NCBI RefSeq assembly: GCF_006345805.1
Contig: NC_042997.1
Location: forward strand, 118,544,001 to 118,608,000
Source: Octopus sinensis
Lineage: Eukaryota
Reading direction: 5' to 3'
Length of the DNA stretch: 64,000 nucleotides
The notes under the pieces were generated by a model that did no database searches, was not told the origin of the DNA, and was given only the letters and a program-made list of their open reading frames with translations. Shown here piece by piece: positions 12,801 through 26,519 of the stretch (the stretch's first letter is position 1; every line of letters starts with the position of its first letter). A program made the position numbers and the translations under genes.

Positions 12801-13585
12801 CTAGCTTAAAAGCCGCGCAGCTCCTGTGGGGTAGGCGTGGGGTCTCCTCATTGGGCCTTGGGCCTAACAATGATACTTCATGCATTGAATACATATTAAA
12901 TTTTATTAGACTTGAACATTATTTTTCAAGCAATGAAAAATTTTCATCAAAGCAATGATATGATTTCTCGACTTGGAACTTATTGCAAAGTTGCATGATA
13001 AACAACAATGGTTGTCTTCTCATTTGGGGGTCAGTATAATGTTTTCTAACCTCTTTCTTTCTTTCTTTCTGTTGGTTGTTTTCAACCATCATCACCAGCA
13101 GTATCACCACCGTCGCCAGCCCAACTGCCATAAACCACCATTCAGATTTCTGATATCACCACCATTAATACCTTTGATTTCGTCACATTCTCCTCCAACA
13201 CCATCACCACCACCATCATCACAGCCACCTCCGCCTCTATCACAACTACAGGTCATACTTTTACTATCACCCCATTACCATCACAAAAGGCTAAATGTGT
13301 GTGTTCGTTCAGTATGCTATTCAGCTTGTTACTTCAGTGTTCAGTCCCCTTTCTCCCACATACTCATTCTCTCTCTGTCTTCGCTTTAATATAGTCTGGG
13401 CCCCCTTGGGGTGCGACGTTCACCTAGAGCGTGACTATCCAGCGCGGTCTGACCCGTAAGTTCACTCTGTCACTATGCCTACTACTGCCCTCATCCCATT
13501 ATGAGGAAGAGTAGGAATGTCGTTGAATAGTCAGAGAGTAGGTCTGTGACACATTGACACACAGAAATTAGTTTTCACGTCTATT
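12801..13585 (-). mobile_element. Non-autonomous Helitron-like element
   Basis: Minus-strand 3' end CTAG followed by T at 12800; 5' end in (TA)n; homologous along its length to 45054-45727. Confidence 0.55.
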
Positions 13586-13595
13586 ATATATATAC

Positions 13596-13681
<86 letters not shown>

Positions 13682-13769
13682 GGGTGAGTATGTATGGTAT
13701 GTATATATACTCACACACAGAGATGTGTGTATATGTGTGTATGTGCGTACAAATATATGCCATGGGCTC

Positions 13770-15700
13770 CCCCGTCGTTAGAAAGCGTATTCTCGTTCGA
13801 CAATTTCGACAAACGAACGAGTTCTTTCCTCTCGTGAGTTTTGCTATTTCCTATCTAAACTGTGATTTTTTTGGTGAATTTTGTGTGTTATCGATTCTAA
13901 ACTTGCTTAGCAGGAGACGTATCGAGTCTAGAAATTCCCCCTTTAAGGGGCGAATTGAATTTTTTTGCAACGTCTTGTGTACATTATTTACACATTTTTT
14001 AAATCATGGCTTCCAGCCAAAACACAGACAACACCCCAATATAAACAGACTCAACGAAATACCAAGAAATGTTCCCAGTACTTCGCTGTCGCGAACAGGA
14101 GGAGATGAATACAGAAAAAAACGGAGAAATATACGGCAAATTCTACAAAGGACACCCAATGTGGAACAATGAAAAGGTATTAACGGACAAAGAAAATGAA
14201 TTAAGCAAACCAAACTGACGCGATTTCGCTTCGGTTACAACCTAAAGATTAACCAGGCAGAACTAGAAAGATATAAAAGCTTAGCAAAGCGTGTAGGGAA
14301 CAATATAAACTTAACCCCACCCGTTCATATAATTCAAGAAACAGCTAGGGAAACAATAATATTTAAAACTCCTTCACTAAAAACCAAAAAAGTCGAATGT
14401 CTGCCAAAGGAAAAAGTAGAAATGTGCCTGCAGCCCATATGGGGTGATACCAAATACGTAGCAAGAGGTAAAAGATATGGGACTTAGGAGACGATGTTCG
14501 CTTCCGAAGAAGAAGCAAAACAACGCTCCGCAGTGCCTTTTACAACCAGCGAACTGGTGCTACTGCCCACTTATATGGGTAAACGTACGTCTAAAATAAA
14601 AAATATTAGGGAGGTCCCACCAGAATTTGACGTGGTGTGGATCGTAGCCGCTGTCTTGCTTGATTTGGAAACAGCATTTCCATACTGCAGGTTACGAAGC
14701 TGCATCAGCAAAACTGATGGGGCCAAGGCCTCAAAATCATCATACATGCCACTCAACAGGATCACGAGATTATACCCGATTTAATAAATTTACCTGATAG
14801 CACAGCCCTTCGAGTCATGGTGGAGGGTCAAAGGCTCAAATGTTACAAAAGGGCCACATTAGAATCTCTTGCCCATTGGATAACTCAGAGAAGGGCCACT
14901 CTCCACCTGACGTGTCACCAAAACACCTGACCAAGGAAGCTAAAAACAACTTAATACCACCAAAAAGCCCGCCCCGGACAGCAAAATGAGTAAGACACTA
15001 AACGATAGTATCAACAATCGAAACACCACACCAACCAGCACAAATACTACCACAAAAAGGCAAGACAGATCCACAAAAGAACAAGAACGGGAAGAGGTGA
15101 CTAAAATAAAAGAAGGAAAAGAATAAACACTCCCCCCCCGACACGCATCACATTACAAGCACCCCAACACAAATACACACACACCCAGATCTCATACTCC
15201 AGAATCTGTCATCAACATCACGGTAGTCGCCACAAAGAACACACAATAGAACACATAATGAAAATCCCCGCATATCACCTTTCAACGCCCCCCACCACCG
15301 CTCACAATCACAAATTCCTGATCACATCCAATTAATAAAACTTGACTGTCATTCAAACACGGAATTAAAAGATCAATATCCTAATGACATTGGAACATTA
15401 CAATTAAATTTTACAAGACACATTTACTGGAAGTTAATCAACGGCGACTGGAAAAAGTATATGTATTTGTGAGGGAAACTGACTTCTCGTCGACAACTAT
15501 GATTGTCACACGCCAATGATAGGTCAATACCTTGAAACTCGAGTCCGTGTGTATCATAAGTTGAAGACGGGAAGGCTGACTTCCCTTCACAAATACTGAT
15601 AGGGCACAGAAAGTGTGTCTATAGCCAGCTGGAGGAGGTGTCTTCCTGGGGCTACAAACTACAGTAGCATCCACCCTTAGGGGCTAGCCATATTCAAATG
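13770..15700 (+). pseudogene. Degraded 5' part of a Tx1/L1-like LINE (ORF1 with CCHC knuckle relic)
   Basis: Broken frame ...LPKEKVEMCLQPIWGDTKYVARGKRYGT*ETMFASEEEAK...IREVPPEFDVVWIVAAVLL, then VEGQRLKCYK / KGHIRISCP (frameshifted zinc knuckle at ~14820-14875). Confidence 0.45.
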
Positions 15701-15715
15701 GCAAATATACGTCAC

Positions 15716-15820
<105 letters not shown>

Positions 15821-15823
15821 ATA

Positions 15824-15892
<69 letters not shown>

Positions 15893-16042
15893 ATATATAT
15901 ATATATACATTGTGATTGAGGGTGCAAGGTAGTACCTATATTGTTAGAAATATGAGTTAAAAAAACCCTTTGAGTACAAGAAAGCACATTTCTATATACT
16001 GACAGGGGCGATAACCGTTTCTCATTGAAGCCAGATTACTAT

Positions 16043-16085
16043 ACAAGACTAGTTTCGCTTGAAACTTTGAAGCTCATCAGTAGTG
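16043..16085 (-). ncRNA. Minimal hammerhead ribozyme motif
   Basis: ACTA-CTGATGA-GCTT..AAGC-GAAA-CTAG-TC^TTGT; palindromic ACTAGT; stem I has one mismatch. Confidence 0.55.
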
Positions 16086-16279
16086 ACTACTGCATCACTA
16101 CATGTAAAAATTATAAATTAACGAAGCAGCTTTTCGTAATATAAAACCCCAGAAGGAAATAAATATGTGGCAATTGATTTTTATCGTATTTGGTTTTTGT
16201 ATTGCGTATTGGTACCTTCGTTATATATATATATATATATATATATAAATACTGACTTTCTGATATAGATATTGACTTT

Positions 16280-16334
<55 letters not shown>

Positions 16335-16336
16335 GA

Positions 16337-16368
<32 letters not shown>

Positions 16369-16637
16369 GGGGGAGTATTTGTGTATATATCCTGGTTTCT
16401 CAATAAATACACTTGTCTCAGTATGCCTACATGTTTACATATGTAAACATTAGATGTAATATTTAGCGTCTGTATTGTTGCATTTATGTCAAAATTATAT
16501 CTTTTATGTAAATCAGACAATTATGGTATATTCTTTATAATTTTTACACTGGTGTGTATTGAGCTTTCTGCTTTTTTGTTACTAAATTGGATAAACTGAG
16601 ATATGTTACTAAAGAATAATAACAATGCTGCTGCGGA

Positions 16638-16639
<2 letters not shown>

Positions 16640-16716
<77 letters not shown>

Positions 16717-16720
16717 TCTT

Positions 16721-16765
<45 letters not shown>

Positions 16766-16822
16766 ATAATAATAATAATAATAATAGTAATAATAGTAAT
16801 AATAATAATAATAATAATAATA
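16640..16822. repeat. (ACT)n(AAT)n microsatellite
   Basis: Directly visible. Confidence 0.95.
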
Positions 16823-17220
16823 CCAAAAACTGAGCAAATATAAATATGAAATAGAAATTAGCAAAATGTGGAACCTGAAGACTAATTCAGTACCTGTTGT
16901 CATAGGAATGTTAGCAAAAGGGGCTGATTGCTACCTAACTCAAATACGAGGAAACCCCAAAATGGCAGAAATTCAAAAGATAGTGCTCATGGGAACTGCT
17001 CATATCCTACGTAAAATACTTTCTATGTAATCTCAGGTTTTAAAACAAACATAATTTTCGTATGGTTTTTTAGGCATTCACTACTAAAACACTAAGTACA
17101 AACGAAATATATGGCAACCTAGGTATAACACCAACATGAACTTCTAACTTGTTGTCTCTTGAGGTCTCTGGGTGAGACTTGGAGCCAACTTGTACAAATG
17201 AAAGCAAAAGTCAAACATAG
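16823..17220 (+). mobile_element. 5'-truncated R4/Dong-like LINE fragment in (TAA)n
   Basis: KLSKYKYEIEISKMWNLKTNSVPVVIGMLAKG...IQKIVLMGTAHILRKILSM*, homologous to the C-terminus of the 28133-29089 ORF; (AAT)n on both sides. Confidence 0.75.
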
Positions 17221-17817
17221 AATAATAATAATAATGAATACCCTGATGCAGTACCAGGCACTGGCCCTCGCGGTTTTTTTGTGATCTTAACTCATTGGAA
17301 GTGTTATCATATACATGTTTTGACTTGATTAGGCTACAGCAAATGTTCTGCTCAATATCACAGATTTGCTTGTCGCTTGTTTGACTTTAACTTGTTGAGC
17401 ATGTCCCTTAATGGCTGACGATATGTGCATCTCTGATCACAAGCAGAGTAGTGAGGGAGCATCATAGTAATATTTGGGAGGAATTCATTTGAGATTTGAA
17501 TAATTTAATTGTGGAAGTATAAGTGTTTTGTTCAACATCCTTAAACAACGCTTATGCAAGGACTTTTTGTGCGGGACCTGAATAAAAATCTTACAGGGCT
17601 CCAGCTGCAAGTCATGCGCTGTTTAGTTTGATATGAGATGTCCATGTCGCGCACATATGGTTGCGATGTATGTCCATGGTATACCATTCTTATGTGGATA
17701 GTCATGATGGATATATTGAGTTTTGTTTATTTTATCCCAGTTTCACTTTGATGGCATGCATTGCTCTATCATTCAATAATAATAATAACAATAATAATAA
17801 TGATTATATCAGTATCA

Positions 17818-17881
<64 letters not shown>

Positions 17882-18767
17882 CTATATATATATATATAAT
17901 ATATACATACACACCTACATGTAAGGGTGTGTGTACATATGTATATGTTATTTTTAACATGCAAGGATACTTTGTCATGTACACACTCACGCAATAGTGC
18001 GAAATCTTTTACAAAAAAAAAAAACAAAAAGAATGAATGAAAAATATTAATTCAGAGTGAAAGACAGTGAGAAAGAAAATAGGTTTTAAATTACATTACG
18101 AAATGTTTGACACGATAGCGAAAATCATATTAGAAAAATAGCAAAAAAACAAAACAAAACAAAGAACAAAAACTAACAACAATCGAATACAGAGAAGACA
18201 ATCAATAAAATAACAAAAACAAGGAAAACAGACACAAGAAATATAACAACAAAACAACAAAAAGAAGCAAATCGCCGAACAATAATATCAAGAACGACAA
18301 CCACAACAGAAAGATCGTATCCAGTTATAGAAATAGATAATACCAATAAGAAAGCAGCGCATACACTAAAAACGAAATTTTGTTAAGGTAATTTTATTTC
18401 AGAACGCTTTTGTTACATGATGAGACAATTCAGAGTAGATTTCACTTGGAAGTTTTCAGTGATGTTGGCAAAGATGAATTGATTTTTTTCTTCATTCAAT
18501 GGCTGATAACTGTTGTCTTGTTTTCTCTTACTTTTTTTACCCGAGGTAAGTAAAAGGAACTTGAGAAAAAATAGCTATGTCCAATAAACATATGAATAAC
18601 GTCAACAACAACGACAGCTATTATACACTAACACGCGTGCACACACATACACACACGCGCGTGCGCACGCATTCGCACGCGTACACGCACGAACGCACAC
18701 ATACATCGCTCGTGCGCAACGAGGACGGCACGAAAAGAAACACACAACTTCACGTCTGTATCTTTGA

Positions 18768-18805
<38 letters not shown>

Positions 18806-19031
18806 GGAAAATATATATAAGTATATATATATATATTATATATATATATATATATATTATATATAATATATATATGTATGTATATATATATATATATACG
18901 CACAATTATATATATTGTATGTATATTTATATAAAATATTTATACATAAATATATATATTTACATATAATGTATACATATATATCATGTATATACGTATA
19001 TGTACATATATATATATATCATGTATATAAG

Positions 19032-19071
<40 letters not shown>

Positions 19072-19447
19072 CATATTTATATATATAATGTATATCTATA
19101 TACAAAATATTTATGTATATATATTTACATATAATGTATATATGTATATATCATGTCTGTACGTATAAGTATATATATTACATATATATATATAATATAT
19201 ATATGAATATATATATCATCCACATATCTCTCTAAATGTATATATCCTCGTGTACGTCTGTGTGTATTATAAGATATTTTTTTACACAAATATTTACATA
19301 TATTATGAATACATTTATAACTACGTATCGAATCAAACTCCTCCATCTATATTTCTCCCCCTCCTTGTATATATATTAGATATAGATATATATATATATA
19401 TATATATATCTATATATACATAATATGTATATATATAATATATATAT

Positions 19448-19484
<37 letters not shown>

Positions 19485-19837
19485 TATATATATATTTATA
19501 CATATACATATATATACATATATACATGTGTGTGTATTGTGTAGGCTTACTGATAAGCATACCCATAAACAATATAAGATAAACCTCTATTCTATATCAG
19601 TAGCTTTCTCTTTCATACTCTGTATCACGTTGTTTTATTCTCTCCTTGCTTTCTTCCTTTCTCTTTTCTTTTCTTTCCTCCTCTCTCATTCTACCACTCT
19701 CTCCCTCCATCTCTTGATAGCATTTGAATTTGAGATTACTGATACCAATATCGAGCATTCTTGCAAACTGTTATGCAAAAACGCATTTTAGTGTATTCTA
19801 GTAATATATTATATGTATATATATATATACATGTATA

Positions 19838-19879
<42 letters not shown>

Positions 19880-20029
19880 AATATATACATTTATAAGTAT
19901 ATATACATATACATATATAAATATACATTTATATATGTATGTTAATATATATATATTATATATGTATATATTATATATATATATATATTCATAATATATA
20001 ATATATATATATATATATATATTCATATA

Positions 20030-20065
<36 letters not shown>

Positions 20066-20114
20066 TGTGTGTGTGTGTGTATGAGTGTCCCTGTGTGTAG
20101 GGCGATAGATTTTG

Positions 20115-20325
20115 CAAGCCGTTAGCAATATGAAAGTTAAGAACAAAGAAACGTCATGAAATCGTCTTAGTAGCTACAGAAGTAATGATAAGAGATTCCT
20201 AGAGATATATAAATAATGTAGGAAATGATGGGATGGAAGATGTTAAAAGTTTCTTAACGATATCTATCTAAAAACTGCTTGGCTTGCTTAAAGGAAACCT
20301 ATATTTATATTGCTGTGCGTACGTC
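20115..20325 (+). repeat. Near-identical copy of 44654-44850
   Basis: Shared GAAATCGTCTT..GTAGCTACAGAAG...AAAGGAAACCTATATTTATAT. Confidence 0.85.
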
Positions 20326-20910
20326 TAATCTACTCAGTCACAAATTATTCTATGTTGTAGACGAAGAAACATATTCATACATATATACTTACATGTATAA
20401 ATCCATCCATCCATCTATCCATCCGAATCCATTATCCACCCGTCCGTCTGTCTGTCCTTGTTTTTTTTTCTTTAAACCCGTGCATCTGTCTACCCGTTTT
20501 CACGTATCTACACTTATACGTGCAGATGGCTTCTTGGCAAGGGTAAAAAATATTTATAGTTCTTTGCATTTACATGGATTATTATTTGCAGCATTGATGT
20601 CGCAACGTTTACAACAATAATGCCTTATTCGTTGTTATTCTTCTTCAAGTATTCAGTGTAGAAAATTTCATTGTTACGATCTATTTGGCTTCATTCAACA
20701 ATACTAACTTCGCAATAGAGAAACCAAAGAAAATGCAGCATTGAAGACAAAAGACAACAAAATTTTAACACTTGGAGTTATTCAATAAACCTAAATTAAA
20801 GAGAGATTGTTTACCTCGAGTAATGAAATCAATGACAGACAAAATTGTTTCGTGGGATTTTATTTGATGTTGCTTCAGTCTACTCTGCTGAAAACGTGTG
20901 CCAACCGAAT

Positions 20911-21245
20911 GGTGGTAATTCACCACTCTGTCCCTCCAGCCGAGTGGTGGTAATTCACCTCTCTGTCCCTCCAGCCGGGTGGTGGTAATTCACCTCCCTG
21001 TCCCTCCAGCCGAGTGGTGGTAATTCACCTCCCTGTCCCTCCAGCCGAGCGGTGGTAATTCACCTCGCTGTCCCTCCAGCCAGTGGTGGTAATTCACCAC
21101 TCTGTCCCTCCAGCCGAGTGGTGGTAATTCACCACTCTGTCCCTCCAGCCGAGTGGTGGTAATTCACCACTCTGTCTCTCCAGCTGAGTGGTCGTAATTC
21201 ATCTCTCTGTTCTCTAGCCGAGTGGTGGTAATTCTCATCTCTGTC
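20911..21245. repeat. 35-bp minisatellite, ~9.5 units
   Basis: Unit GGTGGTAATTCACCACTCTGTCCCTCCAGCCGAGT starting at 20911, 20946, 20981, 21016 and so on. Confidence 0.95.
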
Positions 21246-22788
21246 TACAGTTTGCATCTACCAAATTAACCCGCAATGCATTTCTTCTATAGGAATTATA
21301 CCTGCCTGTGCTTTGGGGTCAAATGGCGAGGGGGTCGAGAGCCTGTCTATGCCGTCTCTGCCTTAAACAATTGGCGAAGTTATTATACGTTTTACTAAAG
21401 TATATTTGTTCGCGGTTGATGGTTAACTTTCAATTAGTATGTCAAAACAAATATTTTTTTTTCCGTTCATAAGAATTTAATAAAGTTATGCTTAGAGGAT
21501 CTTTACTCCTTTCTTAATTGTTGAAGTTACACATATATACACTCAGAAACGTACACAAAGTAAAAAAAATCGACTAACAGCATCACCATTTGCTGAAGGC
21601 AAGGGGGACGATAAGTGTAATGTAATCCCTGATAATAAAGATGGAGCATACTGGACAAGCAAATATATTCGCAAGATACTCAAGCAACAAACACAGTAGC
21701 AACATATTTTCGTGCCGCTGTTACTATATTGACAGGAAATAAAGTTGAATGTCTGCGACCAGAGCAGTAAGCACAATATTATATGTATCATGGGCTGAGG
21801 TTGTACGAATATGAGAAACTGAGATGTAGTCTTCATTTACATCATTTTAACGTTTAGTCAGGAAAGAAAGAAGAGACTGTAACAGTCTGCAGTGTTTTCG
21901 TGAGGAAAAAATTTATTTTCAAGGCAAAAAAACAAGACCCGAATGTTTGCGACAGAGTAAACTCTACAAAGGTTACTTAACATAGTTGGCGTAGCGAATG
22001 AAGTTCAATCCTCTAGAACGCAACAGTGGGACTTGAACTGAGAACACAAGCTGAATCAAATACTGCGACGCGTCCACCCGATACCACTTGTCCACTGCTG
22101 CCGACACTGGAAGAGATGGAACGTAATGCTGACTTTGGTCGGGTTTGAACTCAGAATAAATAAATTGAATTTAATGCCACATAATAATTCGCTGCGATGC
22201 CCTTTCGGCTATTACAACCGCCCTTACAAAAGAGTAACGTCAACTTGTCATTACATAGTAAAGCTCCCCAAACACCTGTCTATGTAAACCCTCTCTGCAA
22301 AGGAAAACAGTTTTTCAAATACTTGAAGTGGCGAAAAAATAAAAAAAACATTAAAACGAAAATAACATAATGTTTTGTAAAACTGAAATGTTTAACGGAT
22401 ATGTGACGGCACTTATCACAAACCAATAATTACACCACTCCCACCAGCATAGAAAATAAAGAAAATCACAATTGAACCAAAGTTTGGAGATGGCAAAAAT
22501 GAAAGTACTTGAAGACAAATTAGCAATAAATCTCAGACATAGATCTATGCTAAGAATTGTTTTAAAGAAGAAAAAAAGAGAGAAAAAACGGATCGAAAAC
22601 ATTGAACAAAGACATGAGTGGCCACTCACTAAAAGTCAAAGAGTCTCCTTCTCGGGAAGATTCAGGTGTATTGTGGAGAGGATTTCTGGTTGAGGAAAAA
22701 AAAATGTTTTTTAATACGGATGCAATGTAGCAGGAAGAAACCGGAAAGGAATTCTTTGGTTTCGTTTCAGCAATATTGAACATTTATA

Positions 22789-23008
22789 TTCTCTTTTTAC
22801 TCTTTTACTCTTTTAGTTGTTTCAGTCATTTGACTGCGGTCATGCTGGAACAATGCCTTTAGTCGAACAAATCGACCCCAGGACTTATTCTTTGTAAGCC
22901 TAGTATTTATTCTATCGGTCTCTTTTGCCGAACCGCTAAGTTACGGGGACGTAAACACACCAGCATCGGTTGTCAAACGATGTTGGGGTTACAGACACAG
23001 ACACACAA

Positions 23009-23069
<61 letters not shown>

Positions 23070-23202
23070 ATATATATATATATACAACGGGCTTCTTTCA
23101 GTTTCCATCTACCAAATCCACTCACAAGGCTTTGGTCGGCCCAAGTCTATAGTAGAAGACACTTGCCAAAAGTGCCACGTAGTGGCATCACTCCTACGCC
23201 TA
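22789..23202 (-). mobile_element. SINE family A (head partly deleted)
   Basis: Homology to 5561-5971. Confidence 0.85.
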
Positions 23203-23350
23203 TTGGTAATATTGGTAATACTATATGAACTATGATAAAAAAGAACTGGGAGAGAATTGATAGCGGCTACTAGGAAAGATAAAGAAAAATCTATGAAATT
23301 TAACGTTTATCTTTTACTAGTTTCAGGAATTGGACTGCAGTCATAGTGTG

Positions 23351-23387
<37 letters not shown>

Positions 23388-23465
23388 GTGTGTGTGTGTG
23401 GCGTAATCCATGAAGGGTTTTAATCGAACAAATCGATTCCAGTATTTATTTTCCCATTCTGGTCT

Positions 23466-23745
23466 GGTACTCAGGCAATTGCCCCAGCTCCCCTTCACGG
23501 TTGGCGAAAGCGATGAGGTAGACAACGAAAAACCTGGCTGCTGACAGTCAAGGCTGATCTGGAACACAACCTAGGCCCCCATGTCTACGGCGTTCGCCGC
23601 TGGAATAAGGAGTGTTTGGAGATCATGCGGTCGTTAGTCTCAAATCGCCAGGTCTGGTCGGCGTTTGTGAGAAATGCAACATTGAGGATGAATGAAGCCA
23701 GCTCAACCCACGCCGGGTGAATTCTGTCACAAGAACAAGAAGAAC
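23466..23745 (+). mobile_element. RTE-clade LINE 3' fragment
   Basis: GWRKR*GRQRKTWLLTVKADLEHNLGPHVYGVRRWNKEC...QVWSAFVRNA...SSTHAG* followed by a short ACAAG repeat tail. Confidence 0.75.
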
Positions 23746-24391
23746 TGGGCTAATGCTGGCCGAAACGTATTCTAGAGACAACTCTACTTCCTAAATTTCT
23801 GTACAGGGATATAGACAACCTGGCTCCATCCTCCATTATCATCCCGAAGCGACAGGCAGGGTGTTTTGATACTGACAAGATAAAGTAGTGCAAGGATATA
23901 TTTCGAAGTCTCTTTGCGATACACATCATACACACAGCAGCGACCTTTACTAATTTTCAATAGTTATATATGCAATGGCTTCCATTGGCAGTTTCAAACA
24001 TGAATTTTCTAATCGCTGGTGTATTGGTGTTTGTAAAAGGAGAAGAGCATCTCCTTTACGACGAATGTGCATTCATAAAGCAGTCGATTTATTGGTAGAG
24101 GGATACTGGGACAGACCCTGTTTTCAGATGTGTCTAGTCCGCCAAAAGCATCACCGATCAATGAATCTAACAAGCGCTAATGATTATGACCATGTTTATA
24201 ATTTCAAGCAAACAGTTCGCAAAAGAAAAAAGAAAAGAAAGAAATTAAAATAACCATCACTCATTTCTGATATAGAGAATAAATCTCATAAAACATTTCC
24301 CGAAGAAATCTGAGAAAATGTTGGAAGTGGTTAGAAATGGTAAACTAACTACCCGAATCGAAAGTTATTCAACAGCTTTCAATTCAGGCAC

Positions 24392-24820
24392 TCTCTTTTA
24401 CTTGTTTCAGTCATTTGACTGCGGCCATGCTGGAGCCCCGCCTTTAGTCGAGCAAATGGACCCCAGGACTTATTCTTTGTAAGCCTAGTACTTATTCCAT
24501 CGGTCTCTTTTGCCGAACCGCTAGGTTACGGGGGCGTAAACACAGCAGCATCGCTTGTCACTCGACGTTGGGGGGACAAACACAGACACACAAACACACA
24601 CACATACACACACACATACACACACACGCACACACACACATATATATATGTATATACGACGGGCTTTTTTCAGTTTCCCTCAACCAAATCCACTCACAAG
24701 GCTTTGGTCTGCCCGAGGCTATAGTAGAAGACACTTGCCCAAGGTGCCACTCAGTGGGACTGAACCCGGAACCATGTGGTTCGTAAGCAAGCTACTTACC
24801 ACACAGCCACTCCTGTGCCT
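24392..24820 (-). mobile_element. Full-length SINE family A
   Basis: Homology to 5561-5971. Confidence 0.9.
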
Positions 24821-24974
24821 ATAATGTACACAAATTGAAACATTTCAAACCATATTATATATAAGTTGTGAGGCTGCAACCCAGAAACAAAAAAATATAT
24901 CTTTAATGCATATGATTTTCTGTACATGTCACAGCGAGTTGGTAGAATCATTACTATATCGGACAATACATACA

Positions 24975-25560
24975 TATTTCTTTATTGCCTACAAGGGACT
25001 AAACACAGAGGGGAAAAACAAAGGGATTAAGTCAATTACATCGACCCCAGTGCGTAAGTGGTTCTTATTTAATCGACTCCGAGAGGATGAAAGGCAAAGT
25101 CGACCTCGGCGGAATTTGAACCCAGAACCTAACGGCAGACGATCACCTATTTCTTTATTACCCACAAGGGGCTAAACATAGAGCGGACAAACAAAGACAG
25201 ACAAAGGTATTAAGTCGATTACATCGACCCTAGTGCGTAAATGGTACTTAATTTATCGACCCCGAAAGGATGAAAGGTTAAGTCGACCTCGGCGGAATTT
25301 GAACTCAGAACGTAGCGGCAGACGAAATACCTATTTCTTTACTACCCATAAGGGGCTAAACACAGAGGGGACAAACAAGGACAGAAAAAGGTATTAAGTC
25401 GATTACATCGACCCCAGAGCATAACTGGTACTTATTTAATCGACTCCGAAAGGATGAAAGGCAAAGTCGACCTCGGCGGAATTTGAACTCAGAACGTAGC
25501 GGCAGACGAACTACCGCTAAGCATTTCGCCCATCATGCTAACGATTCTGCCAGCTCGCCG
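24975..25560 (-). mobile_element. SINE family B trimer with 16-bp TSD
   Basis: Three tandem bodies (plus-strand starts 24975, 25148, 25332), one complete head at 25500-25560; TCGGACAATACATACA at 24959-24974 and 25561-25576. Confidence 0.9.
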
Positions 25561-25755
25561 TCGGACAATACATACAGACAAATTTTTCAGTGCTTTACGT
25601 TCTGAGTTCAAATGTTGCCGAGTTTAACTTTGATTTTATCTATTCGTGGTCTATAAAATAAGTACCAGTGAAGAATTGTAGATATAATCAACTATCACCT
25701 CCCAGCAAGGTTCAGGCTTTTCACTTAGAGTATCCGTTAAATACACACACACACG

Positions 25756-25822
<67 letters not shown>

Positions 25823-25823
<1 letters not shown>

Positions 25824-26010
25824 GGGAGAATTCACGAAAAAAAACAAAAGACGAAGACAGGTGGTGTAGAAAAGAAACAGATGTATTAGTATAACGCTCA
25901 GGAATAGAAAAAGTCTTTTACTTTTCGAGCCACAGGAAGGAACACAGAAAGAAACAAGGAGAGAAAAAAATGTGTTGTGGCTACCGATCTACCATGGCAA
26001 CTGATACATA
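25823..26010 (-). mobile_element. (TA)n-flanked repeat, same family as 9469-9658 (hammerhead region deleted)
   Basis: Sequence homology; internal deletion after TTTCGAGCC. Confidence 0.7.
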
Positions 26011-26519
26011 TATATAAGAACCGGGTGTTTTGATTTACATGTTTTCCTACAAAAAATAAAAAGAAATTCACCCAAAATCTGCTGCGCATTATACAAGTCA
26101 AATATTATCGAAAACATGTAGATCGAAATGAATCGACTTGAGAACAGATGAATAGAAAAATAATTAGTTGTGGAATTCACAAAAGAAAAAAACGTAAACA
26201 AGATCAGAGTTATAATGAAATTTAGTATCAGCTTCTTACTTTCTGATCAAACAGTAACTACTTTCTTGTGATGATATTGAAGCTAAATACCGTTTGAACC
26301 ATGGAATCTATACTGATTTAATAACCTACAGAAAAGGAAAAAAAAGATCTATGAAAAATAGGGAAAAACTTTTAAACATAATTTTTTTCTTGGTTTTCTA
26401 AAAAATAGAAATTGATTACACTGAAGTAGTAAAGTCGTAGAAGAAAATGCTGAATATGATATCGAATAAAGAATTCCTAGAACCTCATGAATTTTTATAA
26501 AGCTGGAAGAAATAATTGA

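Noticed and set aside
20911-21245. CRISPR-like array of ~35-bp palindromic repeats
   Set aside because: Units are contiguous with no unique spacers, there are no cas genes, and the context is eukaryotic.
21543-24253. Hydrophobic or GPCR-like short frames at ~21.6, 22.4 and 24.0 kb
   Set aside because: No diagnostic motifs, frequent stops, and no coherent exon structure.
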